A stretch of DNA of 64,000 nucleotides from Lepidodermella squamata (taxonomy: Eukaryota; Animalia; Gastrotricha): the NCBI GenBank assembly GCA_047495785.1, contig JBLDXI010000015.1, forward strand, positions 2,852,001-2,916,000. Reading direction: 5' to 3'. The notes under the pieces are model-generated. The model was not told the DNA's origin, ran no database searches, and saw nothing but the letters and a program-made list of their open reading frames with translations. Position 1 is the stretch's first letter. Every line of letters starts with the position of its first letter. Of the stretch, positions 26,180 to 40,400 are shown piece by piece. The position numbers and the translations under genes are program-made.

Positions 26180-27563
26180 ATGGCGACCTGGCGCTCAGAG
26201 GCGTGTAAGCGCCGCTTGACTGACTGGCTGGACGGCGTTGAAGGTTCACAGGCTAAAAAGCGAGCTGTTGATCGCGGTTACCTCTCCGATGACAGCGATG
26301 AATTGAATTTCAGCTCATCTTCATCGTCGCATTCGGGGTTTAGTCCTCAACCGACGTGGTCGCCAACCATCTCTCGCCAATCTAGCAACTTCGACAGGCT
26401 CGACGTACGCGAAGTCGTGTTCCCGCCGAAAAATAAAACGGTGAGTTAATATTAAATTTATCTACTAATAGGTATTAATATTTATCTCCACCTTAATTTA
26501 ATTAATATTTTATTTTTCAATTATTTGTAAATTTCCCTGTTTTTAATCTCTTTAATTCGCATGATTCATTACCACTGATTTCCCATTTTTCATTCAGATT
26601 CAGAAATATCGACCTGATTCTTCCGAGGCAGTGAACAGTCCTGTTGAAACTGAGCAGCCGTTGCCGCACGATAACATTGTTTACAAGGCTCCAGATCTCA
26701 GCCGCAATATCTCCAATTTCATTTCGACGTGTGCGCTCAGTTGTCGATTACTGGAGTCGCTCGCTCAGAAATACGATGACCCAGTTTCGTTCTGGGAAGC
26801 AGCAATTTTCCTGGCCTATCCGAAGGTCAAGCCCGGCATCGTCGACCAGTTCGTTCTCATTATTTTTTCTGCGACAAAATTCAATTTTTCGAAAAACAAA
26901 TTTCCGCCGAATTTTTTCTGAAATTAAGGCTTGTATTTCTCTCTTCTATTTTTAGCTACTTTTCATACCTTTCAGAAGCGACATCATTCGACGCGTTCTC
27001 GACGACAATGATGAAATCCATTTCCTGCGAGATCTGACGCGTCACGTGATGGCCCGCTTTGGCTGGCGGGTCGAACAGTTCGTTCGTCAGCAGCTCAAAC
27101 AACAGCTCACACACCGCTTGAACCGGCTTGCGTTTCGGAAACCGGAGCGAAAAATCACCGACGCTCAGCTCGAACGTTTCCAAATCGATGATCATCACAA
27201 CATTGTTATTCATGATGTCGTCAGTCTCGACTCGCGACGCGTCGACTCAATTGAATACCAGGCGTCGATTTTCATGAAGGATGCCGTTGGATTTAGCGAG
27301 CGCCTCCTCTCAGCTCTGACTGGCAACAGGTGATTTTGATAATCATCAGTAATTGAATCATTTTACTGATTTTTTTTTAACTTTTTAGTCCGGCTGATTC
27401 ACTGGCGTTCGTGCGGACGAAGCACGCCTTTCCGATTTTCGTCGAAGAAGTCATGCGCCGTATTCAAAGCGGCGTTTACGAACTTGTTCTATCACGCGTT
27501 CGCACGCTTGTCCGCACGCGACTTCGAAAGTCATCGAGCGTGAAAAAATCTACAAAAAATTGA
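26180..27563 (+). CDS. orphan family C (KRRL motif) paralog 3
   Basis: Exons 26180-26440, 26598-~26848, ~26976-27329, ~27389-27563. REVVFPPKN, DPVSFWEAAIF, RFGWRV and EEVMRR are shared with paralog 2. Confidence 0.8.
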
Positions 27564-28420
27564 CAGCTTTTGCTATTTGTTGCATTCTCATTCAGTATTT
27601 AATCTTTTGTCAGAAGTTTGATTCGGAGTGGCCCGCAGTGCTACTGATTTCACTCAATAAATGTTACGTTGTTGCTTTATTTGTCTGGAATATTGTTATT
27701 TCTTAAGGTGGAATTTTATTGATGGCTTTGTAATAATCCTCACTGCTCGCAAGTTGAGACTTTTCAGCTGTTCCGTGGTTATTACTTCAAAGATATCATC
27801 AAACTTTGCCGCCGACATGTTGCATCTGACGCGCGCTCTCGATCAAATCGCGACTGGGCGCTAAAACGTCGAGGGTTTTAGTGAAACGCAAGCAAGATGT
27901 GGGTTGCATGAAAACGATTAGGCGAGATTGCAATCGCGCACGCCGCGCTTTGACCCTAGTAATAATGCTGCTTTATTAGACAGAAACCGTTTTTGGCACA
28001 CATTCGCTTTTATTACGCTAGCCAAACGGATGTAGGTCATTCAAACATAACAAGCAACTCTATTTGTTTACGATTTCTTACGCTTTTTTGTCTGCGTGTT
28101 TTCGATACACAGAAGAATTTTGACTGCAACGAGATCTGTTGCGTGCTTCGTTCAAAGGTCAAACGAGTACAAAATTATTCCGCAATTTGAATTCCATTAT
28201 TGCCGATGCATCGCATGTTTACTCGATTATGGAGTACTCTGTCTGTAGTTTTATGCTAATCGCCCTTGTATTCAGCTTTCATCTGCTAGCGAAACTTCAC
28301 TACAGGTGCATGCTGATTATTCGAAATTGTTGGTGCTTGAAATTATTATTTTGTGTATCAATTGAAATTTAGGCTTTTAATTGAATGAATAGCTTTATTT
28401 CTGTCGATCTCTACTCGTAA

Positions 28421-31400
28421 ATGGTTTATTTGCTCTTGATAGTTTTAGGAGCCATTTCTGTGGCGAGCAATATTTCAGCAAGTAATTTTTTTCATAAAAT
28501 AATGAGAAATTGTTAGAAAATCACTTTTTTTATTCCAGAACCCATCGATTTACCGTCCAGCCAATGCGGCTCGACTTGCCACCAACGTAAGCATCGTCAT
28601 TATTCAACATTTACCAGCTAATTTTTTTTATAAATTCAGCCGGTAATCCGAAATTTGGCTACGAAGTTGGAAAATCGTACGCTTACCATGTAAAATCGTC
28701 GGTGAATACATCGACCCAAAACCCGGCGTCGAAAATCTCCGGCTTATCCATCATCGCCGGTGCCGAAATTTTCGTCCTATCAACCTGCCAGTTGCAGCTG
28801 CAACTCAGAGCTATTAAAATCGCCGATGACACTGGTTCGGCGGTTCAAGACGATCGTTTTGTCGAGGCCCTCCAGCTGCCGCTCCGCTTCGAATGGCAAG
28901 ACGGCCGGGTAGGCGATATCTGCCCGTCGAGTTCAGCCGACTCGCAGTGGTCGCTGAATTTTAAACGCAGCGTGTTATCGGCGTTGCAGAATTCGATGGA
29001 TACGCTGGACAATCCAGAGCCGATTCGAGAGCTCGACGCTGCCGGCGACTGCTGGGCTAACTACGAGGCGGTGCCGGTTGACCCGAGTCCTGGGTCTAAA
29101 CAGATCAAGTGGACTAAGGACTTGAATCAATGCGCTGATCGTCATGGTGGTCTTACTGCTCTGTTCGGGGTAAATTTTTAGACAAATTTTATGGGCATTT
29201 TACTGTTAAATTCACTGTAAACTTTCCCAAATTTAAATTTTTATGAGCTCTTGACTAAAAATTGAGGAAAAATATCGATGACTTTTTGGTTCTGCATCCG
29301 CTTGACACCTGCAACATAAGAACCCTCAGGTTGGGAATAGGCGAATAAGGCGTGTATGGAAGTCTATTTTTTTCATCTTATTGAAAAAGATGAATAGGCT
29401 CAGAAAATTAGAATCGAACCGGTAAAATTGGTGCGTTTTTTTAGACCTTTGTAATAACCCTGGAAATCGAGTCGACGCGGCCCTTTTCGTAAAAATAGCT
29501 TACTTTTGATCGAAATTCCTGGAAAGAATTCACCGAACGCGCATTTTTGCCTCGAATCACTGGATAAATCGGAATTCCGATTTTCCATAATTCCGTAGGA
29601 ATTCAGGACCAGGTAGCTTAAATCAAGTGCTATATAGAGGATCCCGCCCTAATTTCGGCCACTTCCTAAATTCGGCCGCTGCGTCCTAACTTCGGCCACC
29701 GGCCGAAATTTGGACACGAAGAAGTGCTGTGCAGAAAATTCGAAATTCAACAGCAGTTTTATTTGCACGCAATTCAAGAACTTTGGATTGTTGGGCCCAT
29801 CTGTTTCATGATTTTTCAAACACGTGATCGCAGAAAAATAATTCTAAATGCGAGCGAGCGGGCTTATGTCGCTTCTCGGGTGCTCTGTTACCGCTACTTT
29901 GCAGGTATAATTTACCTGAAACTGGCTCTTTAAAATTTACTGCTTTCACCTCAATAATTACCAGCTAAACGCCAGCTTCATTTTGGTATAAATATTCTAT
30001 CTAAAACCGCCCAGGTGAAGAGATCCAGAGGGCCAATTTTAGAATTTTTGAGGTTTCGATTCCAAAAATTAGCAGTCAATAGGGGAATTGAATTCGGGAA
30101 AACAAAATCGATACCCTCATTCTACAGGAGGCAAGGGATTTTTTAGATATTTTCAAAGAATTTAAGAAAGTCAACCGCAGTTAGGCTATTAGGTAGAAAG
30201 CAAGTTGTACCTGTCAAAACAAGTTTGAGTTTCAGGCATCACGTCGTCAAGGAAAAGCTCACAGGTGAAGCAACAAATGCGGTTTTTATAGTCAGCTTTT
30301 TGAGACAAATCTAACGATACCAAACTTATGGTATTAGTGAACCTGGATGAGGTGGCAGAAATTAGGGCACCTCGCTTCCTAATTCCGGCCGGGTGTCTGG
30401 GTGACTAAAAAATTAGCCACAAATCAAGGTAAAATCGTCCGGACTTGCGGAAAGCGGCATTCGATAGCCTAATAACGCCTCTTTAATTCTGCTTATGCCG
30501 AATATTTTCTGAAAATTTACCTGGCTGGCAAAGTAGGAAAAACCTGAAAAGCGGCCGAAATTAGGGCGAGGTCCTCTATTTGGAGCGAGCTTTAACGAAA
30601 CCTGATTTTTTTGAGATTTCATTCAATTGAGACGTGCCATGTGTAAAGGGACCTTATAGTTTCTGTTGCGTCACACAATTGTGGTGACTACGCACTAATA
30701 TATGTACTAGCATAATCGAACTTGATCGAATTCTTACTAGCTTAAATAAGAGCCTTTTCATACGTTAGGTCTCAATTATCTAACGTATCGAATTCAGATC
30801 CAGCTCCAAACTTTTCGCAGCCACAACATGTGCACGTGGCACACGTGCTGCCAACAAAGTTTCTGAATTGAATTCACTATGTAGCAATGCTAAATTTTCA
30901 TGCTCCGAAAACCAACAGTATTTCCACGATTTTCGGAAATATTTATAGAAAATTAGCGGTGAATTAAGTAAAGTTTTGACCATTTTTATTACATGAAATT
31001 TTCTTCAATTATTTTTTTTGTTTTCTTAGGTGAAATACAGCAACCCTATGTCAGACATCAACACCCTACCATTGACGGACGGGAAGCAAGTCTGCACCCA
31101 AACCATTCAAGGGGCCGTCATCGATCAAGTGGAATGTTCCGAAACACTCGAATTCCTGCCAACTCGTCTTCAAGAAGACGCAGTCGTCGTTGTTTCAAAA
31201 GCATCAATGCGCCTTAAATTGATCGAAAGCAAAGAATTCGCCGGCTCATTGAAGCCTGCTGAAATCGCAGCTGTAACCGATCTGAAATTCGACCACTCGT
31301 ACGTCGCGGCCGATATCGACGGCGACGCGAGTGAGGCTCGTAAAATGCTGCAAGAAATGTGCGAAAAAGACGGCGTTGAAAGCGATTCTGGGCGCGAGTT

Positions 31401-34400
31401 GTCGAATCTAGTCGATTCGCTGCGTTCACTCAGCCGTGACGAGCTGTCGCGCGTGTTCGACGAGGCCGCGAAATGCAAGGCCACGAATCGAATTTTGCAA
31501 TCAGTCATCCCTGACATTGCAACCGCCGAATCTGGGCTGTTTATTGTCGAAAGGATCGCGGCGAATGACCCGATGGTCGGGTCGTCGACTGTTCGAGAAG
31601 ACTGGCTCGCCTCGCTGCGAGTCGTTCGAACGCCATCGGCTGAAATGCTGGAACCAGCTGCGGCTCTGGTGACTCGCAGTGACGAGTATCAAGTGGCTGG
31701 TCGGGCGTATTTGGGCGTCGGTTCGGCGATTCATAATTTCTGCTTTCAACACGGCGATTGCGCGACGAGGCCTGAAGTTAAGGCAGCGATCGCACATTTC
31801 GCGGCTCAACTCGATCTGTGTAAACCGGGCTCGATGAATAGTGGGTATGTTAATTTTATTTTTTAATACCTGGTATCATTTTTAAAATGACCTTACCTTT
31901 TATGGGGTACTTATTTCACTCAAAAAAACTGATCACGCCGATTTTTTTCGATAATATTTTTTGTTGATTAAGAGGTGGGTTTTGAATTCGATAAGTGGCG
32001 ATTGATTCTTGTTCAATTTAATACGAATTTAATAATTTGGCGCTTTTTTACGACTGTGCAATAAAAATCTGTCAAATTGCATTTTTAAGGAGGAATTTTT
32101 AAAAACGCGTTTCCATTCCGAAACGCCGTGTTTTATTTTTCATTAATTTTTAAGTTCAAAAGGATTTCTCTTGGGCAGTTGGATTGATACCTGGATTAAT
32201 TACCTGGGGATGTAGCTCAGTGGCAGAGCGCTTGCTTTGCATGTAAGATGTCCCGGGTTCAAACCCCGGCATCTCCAATTTTTTGCGATAATTTTGTTGT
32301 CATCTAGCCGCAATAATGTGAGCAAGTACATCGAGTTCATACTACACGTTACCTTAATAATTGTCATTACCTGCTATTTGTAATTTTAATCTTTTAGTAC
32401 GATCTTGGACGTGTAAGGGTATTTTAAATGCGCAGTCCTTTGTTATCAAACATTTACAATTAAGCATCTATGCCCAGGCTCAGTAGCTTAGTGGTAGAGC
32501 ATCTGTCTTGTAAACAGAAGGTCGCGGGTTCGATCCCCGTCTGGGCCTCTTTTTCTCTTTAGACTACCCTAATATCGAATTCGATTTTTTTCTTATTATT
32601 TCTGCACGATTGATTGCTTGCTTTTAGATGGCTTTTGGCTCTAGGGCTAATCAACGCGTTTTTAGCTCTGTCATTTATTATTTGAGATGAGAACTCTAGC
32701 CAGCTTATCTCGCCGTGTTTACTCAGCTGACTTGCAACATGTTTCATCATGTATCAAATCTACGACTTGTCACAAAGTATTTACTGAATCAAGTTTTTGA
32801 CTCGGCCTGTTGGTCTAGTGGTATGATTCTCGCTTAGGGTGCGAGAGGTCCCGGGTTCAATTCCCGGACAGGCCCCGATATTTTTTAATTTCTATTTTTT
32901 TAATTTTATTTTTATTGTCGGCAATATTAAGGTTGATGGACGCCGGGATACAGCTAAAAATTGAGAAAAATATTAATAGATAGATTTCTTTTGATCGTAT
33001 TTATTTTTAGAGTAATAATAATTCTACAACAAATAAAATATTATTTAAAACGGAGATGTGATTATTTTTATAGGGACATTGAAGGGCACGAACCGCTAGG
33101 CTAATTCCAGTAGCAATCGAACGTATTACGCAGAGTGTATAACACATTGATAGTAATATGCTCATCGTAAATGAATACGTTCATTTTTTTACGGTGTTGT
33201 AAATTCTACAATACGCCCACTCCCCGGTACTTATCGAGTATTTTGCCTCCCAAATACCGCCCTCCCTGATGGTCTAGTGGTTAGGATTCCGCGCTTTCAC
33301 CGCGGCGGCCCGGGTTCGATTCCCGGTCAGGGAACAATTTTTACTAGTATTTTTTATTTTATTTTTTATTTTATCTTATCAATCTAATTCCTCTGCGCCA
33401 AAAAATACCGATCCTAGTCAAGCCAGGTTCCGTAGTGTAGTGGTCATCACGTCTCCTTCACACGGAGAAGGTCGCGGGTTCGAACCCCGCCGGAACCTAC
33501 GCTAGAAATGTTTTTTTTTCGAGGAAAAACCGAGGAACAGCTGATGAAATTAAGCGTTATATTAACCCTGATTTTCAGATGGGGATGTAGCTCAGTGGTA
33601 GAGCGCTTGCTTTGCATGTAAGATGTCCCGGGTTCAAACCCCGGCATCTCCAAATTTTTTTTAGTTTTCAAAGTCCGCCATCTGAAGAGATAGAGGGCAC
33701 ACTTTGACTTACTATTATTTTGGCTTTTTTAATGTTTTTGTTTGCTTTTGTTCGGTCGTATACCGACCTACTTCCAACAATAACAAGAACTTTGGTATGC
33801 AACGAGAACGGAATACAAACCCATGGAAAAATTGAACCATGGTGTCCCGGAAATGGAGGATTTCCAATTATTATCCACGAGGCCATTGTGTCAAAGGCTT
33901 TTCGAATTTTAGCAGAGGCAATCGCGGAATTGATGAAGATGAATTCCACCAGCGCCTCCTTGGCTCAGTTGGCTAGAGCGCCAGTCTCATAATCTGGAGG
34001 TCGTGAGTTCGATCCTTACAGGGGGCAGCTTACGTTTTAGCCGCCTAGCGTCTCAGAAAATAGTTCGTTCCTTCTGATTCGTTCTAATTCTTAATTTTAC
34101 AAATATAAGATACAGTCACGAGTCACAAGAAAATTTTCCTGACCGGCTAGGTCTGTCCCTTTATTGTAGGGCCATCAAGGTGCTTTAAGTCAAGTTTACA
34201 TAATAGAAGCGTGAGCACTCTTTTTTCTCTTTTGGTGATTCGCCTGGTGGAAAATTAGCGGGAGTATGTTAGCGCGCATGTTTCGTCATGTTTTGTTTGC
34301 AAATTTAGACGCCCGCGCCTCAAATTTTTGTGCTAATCGTTGAGTAACCCAGTCGGTAATGCATCCGCGCAACTATGCCGTTGAGAGCGGGGCTTATGCG

Positions 34401-37400
34401 CGCACTACGGCGCGATTACGACATGCCCAAACTGCCCCACATGCTGTGTGCATATGCAAATAAGCCAACCAGTCTAGCAAGCGCACAGCCCAAGACCCCG
34501 GCAAAATTTTTTAGTCAAAAAAGTATCGCTTCTCGGCCTTTTTGGCTATGATCAAAGTGTAGTATCTGTTCTTTGTAGTTTAATATCTACAACGGCCTCC
34601 ATGTGGGGCCTACGATATTAGCCCTATTTTTGGCTAGCCGGGCGGGAGCAGCCAGCTTGCTGGACCCCGTCCACGAGTCGGCCCGGTATTGCAGTACCTC
34701 CGGGATTCGGCTCACCCCCTGAAACATGGGGGCATGAAAACTAAAAACAAATATCTAGTCTACTATCGAGCAATAAATCAGATCAGTTTAGATCAATTTA
34801 TGGGCTAATTTTCTGCAATTTAAATAATCGTCCATTACGTTAGTTATAATGAGTGTGCTTATTTGTAAAAATGACGGTGTTTTCGTAAATAATAAAATTC
34901 CATAAAAAAAATGATAAAAATATTGATTTTGAAAAAATTTGGAGGATACGGGCGTCGATCCCGTTACCTCTCGCATGCTAAGCGAGCGCTCTACCATTTG
35001 AGCTAATCCCCCGGCTTATGTTAACTGGTTCTAAGCTGGTGTTTATCTCGTCATGGTTGCTCTGCGGTACTGTGGATAATATACGCGGCTGCTAGTTAAA
35101 GCATAAGCACTAGGAGCTGTTGGCCAATGTCAACAAACCTACATCAGCGTTATTTCGCATTTACACGTTTGTATATGGAATTTTTACACGCATTTACACG
35201 TTTGTATAGTGCTCCATACTGGTTTTTTAGGTAATACGTGAAATGCAGCGGTATCAATATGTTATCTAAATGGAATAATCAATGGAGTAAATGGAAGTTT
35301 AAATGATACAAAGAAAAGTGAGAATTCGAATTCAATCGAAGCTGTGTATGGTTTTTAAATATTTCAAATCGCTTTGTTTTATTGCTGAAAAATTCGTATA
35401 CAATTACTCGAAGAAAATTGTCGCTTACAAAAACTTTGATCAAAATTCTTCGCTGACTTGCAAAGACTCCCAGATTATTACCTTTTTACAAAGCTGGGCG
35501 TGTTCATTCGATGTTGGATATATTCCTATGTCATTGCGGGCTCCATTGTTTCACACAGGTTCCGTTGTGTAGTGGTTCATCACGTCTGCTTTACACGCAG
35601 AAGGTCGCGGGTTCGAACCCCGCCGGAACCTTAACTATTTTTCGTTTGCTGAAACAAGTTAATTTGAAAAGAAAACACGTGTTTAATAGACAGCGCCAGC
35701 TCTATTGTTTCATAATGGGGATGTAGCTCAGTGGTAGAGCGCTTGCTTTGCATGTAAGATGTCCCGGGTTCAAACCCCGGCATCTCCAAATTTTTACATT
35801 GCAATTTTATTTTGCGCCTTAAGTTTTTTTATCGAACCGTGTTGCTTGAATTTAATTTGGGTGGTAGTACACAATATAAGGTCATTCAGTTTTTTAATTG
35901 AGTTTATTGAAGGAGTTTGATGAAAGTCGGAATAAGGGATGGCGAAAAATCCGGGGATAATGATTATTACTAAAGTTTGAAACTAATTATTTTATCTAAT
36001 TTTTATTTTCAGAAATTCGGCGGACGCTGATAATATTCGTCGCGCGATCTATGCGCTACGAGCTCTGGGCAATGCTGGATCCGCCTTGGCTCATTCTACG
36101 GACGCTATATCGCACTGCATGGTCAACCGGGCTCTTCCTAGCGATCTTCGAATTGCGGCTCTAACAGGTATGTTAAATTTTTCATCAAGTCATCAAAAAT
36201 CGCATCGAAAAACTAATTTTATTCCATATTTGGTATTTGAAGATTTTTAAGGAGGAATTTATATTATGCGAATTTTCATTATTATTATTTCAATTTTCGG
36301 AGATTTGACCCATTTATTTGTTTTCATTGTAATAGTAAAATTTAATTTTTTTCCAATTTTAGCCATGCGTCGTGTCCCGTGCCTCGAAGAGAGCTTAGCA
36401 GTCGGCGAAACCCTTCGCGCCCTGCTCCGCGACTTCAACGAAGACTCGGAAATCCGAGCCGTCGCCTACCTAGCCGCCATGCGATGCCCATGCCTCGACG
36501 ATCTAGCCGCAATTCGCTCGCTGATCACCGACGAATCGCGCCGAATCTCCGAAAAACTCGGCGCCTTCATCATCGCCCATCTAGACCGGCGACAGGACGG
36601 CCAGCCTTTCCCAAGCATTTGGTCACCAGAAATCGGCTCAACAATCGAAGCGATCTTGTCATCCCGCCAAGCCGTTGAACTTAAACAATTGATAGACCCG
36701 CTGAGACGCGGGGCTAGCTATCACCACCACCAATTTTTTCCGAGGCTTAACACTGGTTACATGCTTGATTTTGACGTTATCCATTCCGAAAGATCAATCA
36801 TGCCTCGGCAGTTGAATTTCAACTTCACAGTCGGTCTTTTCGGTAGATCAGTCAATCCGTTTGAAATCGGCTTCAGGCAAGAAGGTCTCGAATCCGTCAT
36901 CGACGACCTGCCATCCGACATTTTGGACACGAATTACAACTCGAAAAAATCGGGCAGTAATTTACTGCCTAAAATTAACTACGAAAAATTGAAGCCGATT
37001 TTAGAAAAATTGAAACTCGGCTTTTTCGTCCGCATTTTCGGTGACGAAGTTCGTTACGCTGAGATTGATAAAAGCGTGCTGGAGCGGCTTCGAACTCGTT
37101 TTATGGAGCAATTCAACACTGAAATGTTCTCGAGTGAAGAAGGCCGTCAAGCTAGTGATTTATTTTTCGATCGCGCCCTCAGTTTGCCGACCTGTTCCGG
37201 CCTTCCTTTACGCCTTTCGCTGCGTGGCACGTACCGCAGCCAGGTTCGGCCGAATATGCACCCTGAGGTGGTGAAGGGCCGGGATGGCCGCATTCAGTCG
37301 ATTGCGATTAAGGCGGATGTTAAGGCGGGGTTGTCGATCGAGTTGAGGTCTTCGATGGCGACGCTTCTCGGCGGGCGGCATTACGGTGTCCAGGCTGTGA

Positions 37401-40400
37401 CGAGACTGGTGTCGAAGGCCGAGTACAAACCCGAGTTTCGATACGAGGGCAAACATGTCAAAATTCGAGTCGAGCTGCCGGAGAAAACCATTCGAACTGC
37501 TAGCATGTCGTACGTTTTACATCCTCTCCTGTAATTCATTATGACGATAAAAAATCACCCAAAAATGTGAAACGAGTAATGCGTTGAATCTATACAGCCA
37601 ATTGACAGATTTTTCGCCAATCTATTTAAAAATACTGTTCGGTGGACTTCTTTATTGTCGAAAATCAACGACGAACATTTTATTTTACTTCATCAACTGA
37701 ACAAAATGTTAATTTAACGAATGATACCCAACGCGAAAAACAACTTGTCAAGAATATTTTTTAAGATCTTAGCGGATCTAGGCGACGACTTGCCAAGAAA
37801 GCCTTCAATCTTGACCGGTACTTGACAGGATTGACCAAGATTGAATGCTAAGATGGTAATGAATGCTAAGATAAGACGCTAAGATTCGTCAAGAAACGTG
37901 AACTACTGCGGTAACCTGGTGGCTTAGCCTATTCGCCACTGCTACGCTGGTTACTATTCTTAAATAGATACTATACCGGGTCCCACGCTATATGAGCCGA
38001 AGCGATGGGCAGTTTATTTTTCTTTATTTTCTTGGTATTACACAAAATGACTTCAATGTCGTAATACTTCAAGATAATTTAAATACGACAATAGCGAAAA
38101 ATCATCGAGAGGATAAATAAAATTTGATTTAAAAATGAGATTAGATTCAAATGAGAAGACGTTTTGAAATGAGCTTGTTTGTCATTTTTAGCGCGTTTAT
38201 TGTACTTCCCAACGTTTCGACTGATATCTTAACAGTCATTTTCAAGGGTTATTCACTTTTGCAGTTAGATTGTTCAATATTTCAAAACTATAAAAAAGTT
38301 TAGCTACCGAATTAAGGTATATTTTTTAACTAGTAAAAAGCTTAGCGCGAATCGAATCTTTTTGAGTATTGATTGAAGGCTTCTTTTCCTTAATTACCAG
38401 CATTTCTTGAACCAGGCAGTCGAACTTAGAATTACATTTGACAACTATTTTGAAAAAGGAATCGATTTGTTCTACATCTTGTCCACAGGCTTGGTGATGG
38501 GTTCCAACCTTGCTTTTCTTATGCTCATCAACGCGTTGGTGCAGATGCCGTGTCGTCTTACCGACATAGCCAGCTTCACACTGGCCACATTTGTATTCGT
38601 ACACCACGCCATGAGTATTGATAAGTGGCAGCTTGGGTTCTTTCGCTCCAAATCGTTCGATAATTTTCTTACTCTTAAAGATAGGTTGGATTTCGGAATT
38701 GACTTTATTGCTTAGGTTAAGAAGGGTTAAGAAACTGTACAAATGAGAGACAAAGTCGCATCTCGTGTCCGGAAAAATTCGAAAAATAGCGATAGCTCTA
38801 GTATTCTGGTATGTCTCTCGTCAAAGGGATAAAAAGGCCGGAGACATTAATAAAAATAATTTGAATTTCGTAACTTTAAAGAAATAACAAGGAAGTTTGA
38901 GATTATCGTCGCTCCTCCGGCGAAGTAGCAATGATACCGAGGCGGGTTTTGTCGTCATCCATCTTTTGTTTTAACAAGTTATACATAGCATATTTCGAGG
39001 TTTTTGTTCGTCGTTGCGGGTGATTGTCAAAGTCGTCAAAGTCGTCATCGATCGATTGAACGCTTTGTTGAGCGTTTGAGCGTAATACAAAAAGCACTAA
39101 AAACAGTCAAATGAAACGACCGAATATTATGAAATTTTTCAAAAAATTATTATTCAGCGAGTTTATTTAGTGAAAAATACCGAGTATGGCGGTAGCTGCG
39201 ATTTGGCTAATAAAACAAGATAGAAGCTTAAAAATAATGTTGCACCAAACTTCTTCACTAAGAGCCATGATCAATGGGACCGCTGCCCTGTTTACCCGTC
39301 AACGTTTTACTCATCTTGTCCTTTTGGGAAGTGTTATCCACCAGCAACTCAAAAGCCAATTTCCGCGCAGCTTGGTAGTTACCATCATCCTAATACTGTA
39401 CGAGCACTTTCTGGTATGCTTCCTCCAACTCTAAGCTTGGAAGAAAGATACCCGCAGCCTGTCTTCGATAGATAAGGGAAATACGTAGATGAGAGCGAAA
39501 AATCAGATTAAATTCTAAATTTTAAAGTAATTGAAAAATCCCATTGAAATGATTACGTGCTGCTTGTCAGTCAATATTCATTCCTATTCCAAGGGTTCGA
39601 TGAAACAGCGTCCTAGTCGATCTGACGTGGAATCGAATTTCATGTAGTCACTTTTAAAGATCCAAATCGAAGATCGAAGAGGCGTATCGAAGTTGAAGAA
39701 AGGTAGCCGGCTAACTGTGGACGTTGCCACAGGATATCTGTCTTCAACAGCGCCTCCTTGGCTCAGTTGGCTAGAGCGCCAGTCTCATAATCTGGAGGTC
39801 GTGAGTTCGATCCTCACAGGGGGCAGCTAAATGTTTTTGTGCTTCCTAGCGCCCCAGGCTGGCCCCCAGCAATTAGGAATTTCCATCTGATTCTTTCTAA
39901 TTCTTAATTTAACAAATTTAAGATACAACCCAAGATCTTTAAGATACAACAAATTTAACACAAGACCAGGAAACTTTGCCGACCGGCTAGGTTGTCCCTT
40001 ATTGTAGGTACGTCAAGTTAGCTTTTAGTCAAGTTCGGATGATAGAAGTACAAGCACTCTTTTTCCGCTTCTAGTGATTCACGTGGTTGAAAATTAGCGG
40101 GAGTATTTTAGCGCGCATGTTTTGTTTGCAAATTTAGACGCCCGCGCCTCAAATTGTTGTGCTAATCGTTGAGTCGCCCGGTCAGTCATACTTCCGCGCA
40201 ACTGTGCCAGTGATCAGAGTGGGGGTTATGCGCGCACCACGGCGCGATTACGACATGCCGAAACTGCCCAACATGCTGTGTGCATATGCAAATAAGCCAA
40301 CCAGTCTAGCAAGCGCACAGTCCAAGACCCCGGCAAAAAATTTTAGTCAATTAAGTATCGCTTCTCGGCCTTTTTGGCTATGATCAAAGTGTAGTATCTG

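Noticed and set aside
28478-28490. Possible GC-AG donor after LLTP exon 1
   Set aside because: The GT donor at 28482 gives the correct phase for exon 2.
33680-33715. CTGAAGAG as a hammerhead core (also ~1437)
   Set aside because: No stem II followed by GAAA.
38903-39434. Small ORFs in LLTP intron 6
   Set aside because: No recognisable motif or supportable exon structure.
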